A stretch of DNA of 64,000 nt, taken from assembly GCA_976226885.1 (NCBI GenBank), contig OZ320314.1:90024001-90088000 (forward strand), read 5' to 3'. The notes below the pieces were generated by a model that was given only the letters and a program-made list of their open reading frames with translations, had not been told where the DNA came from and did not search any database. Shown here piece after piece: positions 60,275 to 64,000 of this stretch (the first letter of the stretch is position 1; the number at the start of each line of letters is the position of its first letter). This DNA comes from Iphione sp. A-MEVVRFRX5. Taxonomy: Eukaryota. The translations under genes were made by a program, and so were the position numbers.

Positions 60275-62199
60275 GTGAGTCCATTCTGCTGCTTGCCATT
60301 ATGATAGAATTCCGTACATTATGAGAAGATCGATATACACTTTTTGCGTTCAAACAAATAAATCAACGTTTTTTTGCCGCTCAGCACTAGACCTAGCTAT
60401 CAATCATACCGTAATTTCAGTTACAGGTGTTAACATTCGCACTCAAGAAAGTACAAGTATATTTCATAAACCTAACGTGTTAGTAGAACCATAGGATGTC
60501 CTTAGTGAATATGAATTTATAGAAAAATCCAGTATACACTGTTCGTGATTTGCCTTCAAGAGTTGAATCTATTTGTATGGTGCTAGATGCTAGGTACATA
60601 ACAAACACACTAAGCTCTCCCGACACGAAAGTGTTCCGTCCTGCAGCTTGCTGTTGGACAGAGTGGGAAAGGACACGTAATCTGATGACAATGACAAGCC
60701 AAAGTAGAAGCCTCTCATTGAACCAATATTAGGAGGTGGCTGTCAAAGTACCACTATCAATGACGCAGACGTGCTACAAATGCAGAGATCCGCTTGAGAA
60801 AAAAGTAAAACTTATATACTGTTCACCAATGTACATTCTGCGGTGGGACATGGAAAGAAATACGATTGCATTTATCTTTCCGGGCCAAAGGCACACTTGC
60901 TCTCTAAAATCCCATATGGGATATTATGGCCTCATGTGGCACTGGTGTCAGCGATATATTGACGTCAATGCCGTCGCCTTTTTCTCTCTATTGTGTTTAT
61001 TTCAGGTCCATTCGTATCAAATGATTCAGCTTCTAGCGTCCAAATGTAAATTAGGCCCCTATTTTCTATTAATTCAGTTAAGATTGATATCTTCTGATAT
61101 ATACATAAATCAAATATGTTGGAATGGGAAGTAGAAAATCCCTCTCTTCTATTGGTTCATATATCAAATGGCCCTAAGGATTTTATTTGCTAATGCTATA
61201 ATGCTACATTAATTGTTTTTTATCTCTCTTTAAACAGTATCTTTAAATAATCATTTTTTAATAATTTATATTTTATTTTTGATATGGTAATTCTTCTCTT
61301 TATTCGCCTTTCTAAGGAGGATCTCGTGTATCAATATATGTGAGAAATAGAAAAAGGATCTTTGATTCTTGATTCTTGAAGTAAATCATTATCCAAGACT
61401 AATATATCGATTTTGTACGGACTTTGAAGTACATGGCATATAATAGTTCTACCGCTGGCACAGGTACATAGGCTTTATACCAGCTCTAGGAAATCGAAAC
61501 AATCTCATTCGATGTGCGTCCTGATTTTGGATCTACGGGAGCAATAATCAGCATGCAGAAGAATCTACTAAAAAAAGAATTGAGAAAGAATGTTTCTTTT
61601 TTTCCTGACAAAATAGGGTTTGATTATCTAACAGAAAATATAAATATCCATATTGTGTTGGTAATTACTGATATTTTAGTCGGAGCTACCATCTCATACG
61701 TTAATCAAGAAACATGCCAGAATTGAAAGTAAATTATCCAACCCTTGCGTCAGTATTTATCATTGTAATCAATAACTGTGGAAATTTGTAAAGTGTGTAT
61801 AAATGCATCACCCTTTCAGAATAATGTACTACTGTCAGATATGATGTGGTGTTGGAATAGCTACTACCTAAGGAAAAAGCAACTTGTCTGGAGAATTCTA
61901 CAAAACACATGAAAAACAAAAAACGTTTTCTACAGCACCACCTGACAAATCCTCCATTCAACAAGAGTGTCAATAAAATGGTTGATTGGGAATATCAGCC
62001 GACTAACATTTTCTACACAGGCTATAGTTATGGTCAAGCTTCATGCGCGTGGGAAGGATAAGATGCTTCATAAACCCCTATATATGCTAGAGGATACAGA
62101 TTGATTGTACAAGATCATCACGCTACCGTATGGGCTATCCCTTGGCAAAATGGGGCGGTATAGAAGTCATTGCCCAGTGGGATCCCACCAGCTGGACGT

Positions 62200-62960
62200 A
62201 AACTTCTGGGTTTTTGAGACTGGCCCATTTCCTGGTCTCTTGAAGAGTCTGTCTCATCATTTATTTACATAGGTTTGCATCCCATGTCATAGAAACGGCA
62301 AGATCTACCTGAAGGCAGTGGTGCTGGTTTTTCATGGCTAAGTGATGGTGTTGTACCATTACGACTGCACGGGAGCTGAGCCAACATGTACGTCTAAAGA
62401 AGGGGGCCAGAAAAATACCCTCAGACCTTCCTGATTGGAGTGAGTCTTGGTCGCCCGGCAAAAGACAGCAATTTGCTCGTATTGGTAGAACTAAATCGAA
62501 GGCAAACCTTCTGCCAGTCTGGACAAGATTGGATAATTTGGAACTTGGTCCTCCACTCCACTTGAAATGGACCTCTTTTAGTTTTCGATCCCTGACGCGC
62601 CAGTTTTAGTTTCTGTTTACTTAAGACTTTCACTATCACATGGGCACAAGCTTCAAATTGGACATTCAGTACGAGGGTATTACAAGTTCATGAGCACTCA
62701 AACACGATGCACTTGAAGATACGAGAACAAAACGCCGATGGTGATTTCCATCATGTCTGTAATATTTTTGTCGTCGCGTTCAGCTTGTCTTGATCGTGGA
62801 AGATGGTGGCTGACTTCTCCAAAGTATACGTCACCCATATTATGAGTCTTGTTAAACCCGAGAATGATTCCTGCTTCATATTGTTAACCATCCAATAAAA
62901 AAGGAGAAGAATTTCATGTGAGAATTTACCACCAGGTGACCTATAATGGTTGGCTAGTGT
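62200..62960 (+). mobile_element. Decayed EnSpm/CACTA-like transposase fragment
   Basis: Collinear degenerate motifs SDGVVPL; PQTFLIGVSLGRPAKDSNLLVLVELN; VFDP*RASF; DGDFHH..KMVADF..H, resembling DG.PL / PF.IG.Y.G..KP..V.EL / DAPARAF / HH..V..F..DYMH. Confidence 0.45.
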
Positions 62961-64000
62961 TCGCTGCTGCACTCTTAGAAATTAGCAATTTGTAACAATT
63001 GTCTCCTCAACATCCTTACAATATTGTATATAAAAACTGAAATATATAAACGTTGCCTTATTTCTATAAGATTTGTGCTACAAATACTTTGTCTTTATGC
63101 CATCCTTGGTTGCAACCACTGAACCCAGGTTGGAAGTGTAAACCAATAAGAGGTCCCTTTATCTTCATTCATATGCCGCTGATGAGTTACTGGCTTCTGT
63201 TTGTACGTGTACTGAATTGTAAGCCATACGATTTCCTACGTAGTCTTGTAGAAACGGACACAATTCTGATTTTCAATTAAAATGTGCATGACACATACCT
63301 CTCGGCATAAAAAGAACTTCATGTATCATTCCCTACCCCGTTTTCAGTTCGGATGTCGATGGGAAACAGTTTCAGCGGCCTACTTGCTTCTTTTATTCAA
63401 TAAATATGTTTTTGTCAATTTTGTACTATTTATCAATCTATTTTATTGCGCTTGCATTTCAATAGACTCATTCGTTGTTTCTAAGTTCTGGTTTCTGTTC
63501 ATTTTTGAGAGCGGGCGGGAAAGAGAATAATACGGTGTCCGTGTCGTGCCAGGAATGTGCACAGTGTCTATCCTTACTCAAGCTTTGAGGGAAAATCCTC
63601 CTGTGGCCTCACAGTGGTTTAACGGGGCTCAGCGGGCATAATTTAATTCACCAAAAATTAAATGTAAATATTACCTAACCAAAACGAGTATTCTCTTGGT
63701 TTCAACAGTTATCTCATTAGGCCCATAGGTATTACAAGTTAGGGTCAATATACAGATTCGATATTAACACCATGTAGTTGTACCATGTTTTTGTCTACAT
63801 TTACCCAGTATATTGAATTATCTTGTCCATTTATCTAAGCCAAGAAGAACCATCCACACAGGTATCAGATTCCAATTACGCAACTGAGTGCAAGTTAAAG
63901 TTTATTCAACTTGCTCTTTTGTGCACTAGTGGCTGCATCCAATCATGTGACAGATAAGTATGTGACATAGACATTTCACAATAAATTTTGATTACACAAT

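Overview
AT-rich, repeat-dense animal genomic DNA, probably from an invertebrate (lineage inferred, not proven). The best-supported features are these. (1) An apparently intact 4.6-kb tyrosine-recombinase retrotransposon (Ngaro-type DIRS order) on the minus strand at 49926-54549, with gag, RT/RNase H and recombinase (YR) ORFs and split direct repeats A1...B1-A2-spacer-B2 that look identical by eye. (2) Two exons of a nicotinic acetylcholine receptor-type (Cys-loop) subunit gene on the plus strand at 54735-54921 and 60165-60274; the retrotransposon sits about 185 bp upstream of the first. (3) An intron-containing tRNA-Arg(UCU) gene. (4) A solo LTR with a 4-bp target-site duplication (TSD), several MITEs, and decayed Academ-like, CR1/L2, RTE, Gypsy and EnSpm-like relics, plus micro- and minisatellites. 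The most interesting observation is inside the Ngaro element: one strong splice donor in gag is in phase with an acceptor just upstream of the YR ORF, and with a weaker one at the start of the RT frame. This suggests its three proteins could be made by alternative splicing from a shared 123-aa gag N-terminus. That is an inference needing RNA evidence. All alignments and translations beyond the supplied ORF track were done by eye.
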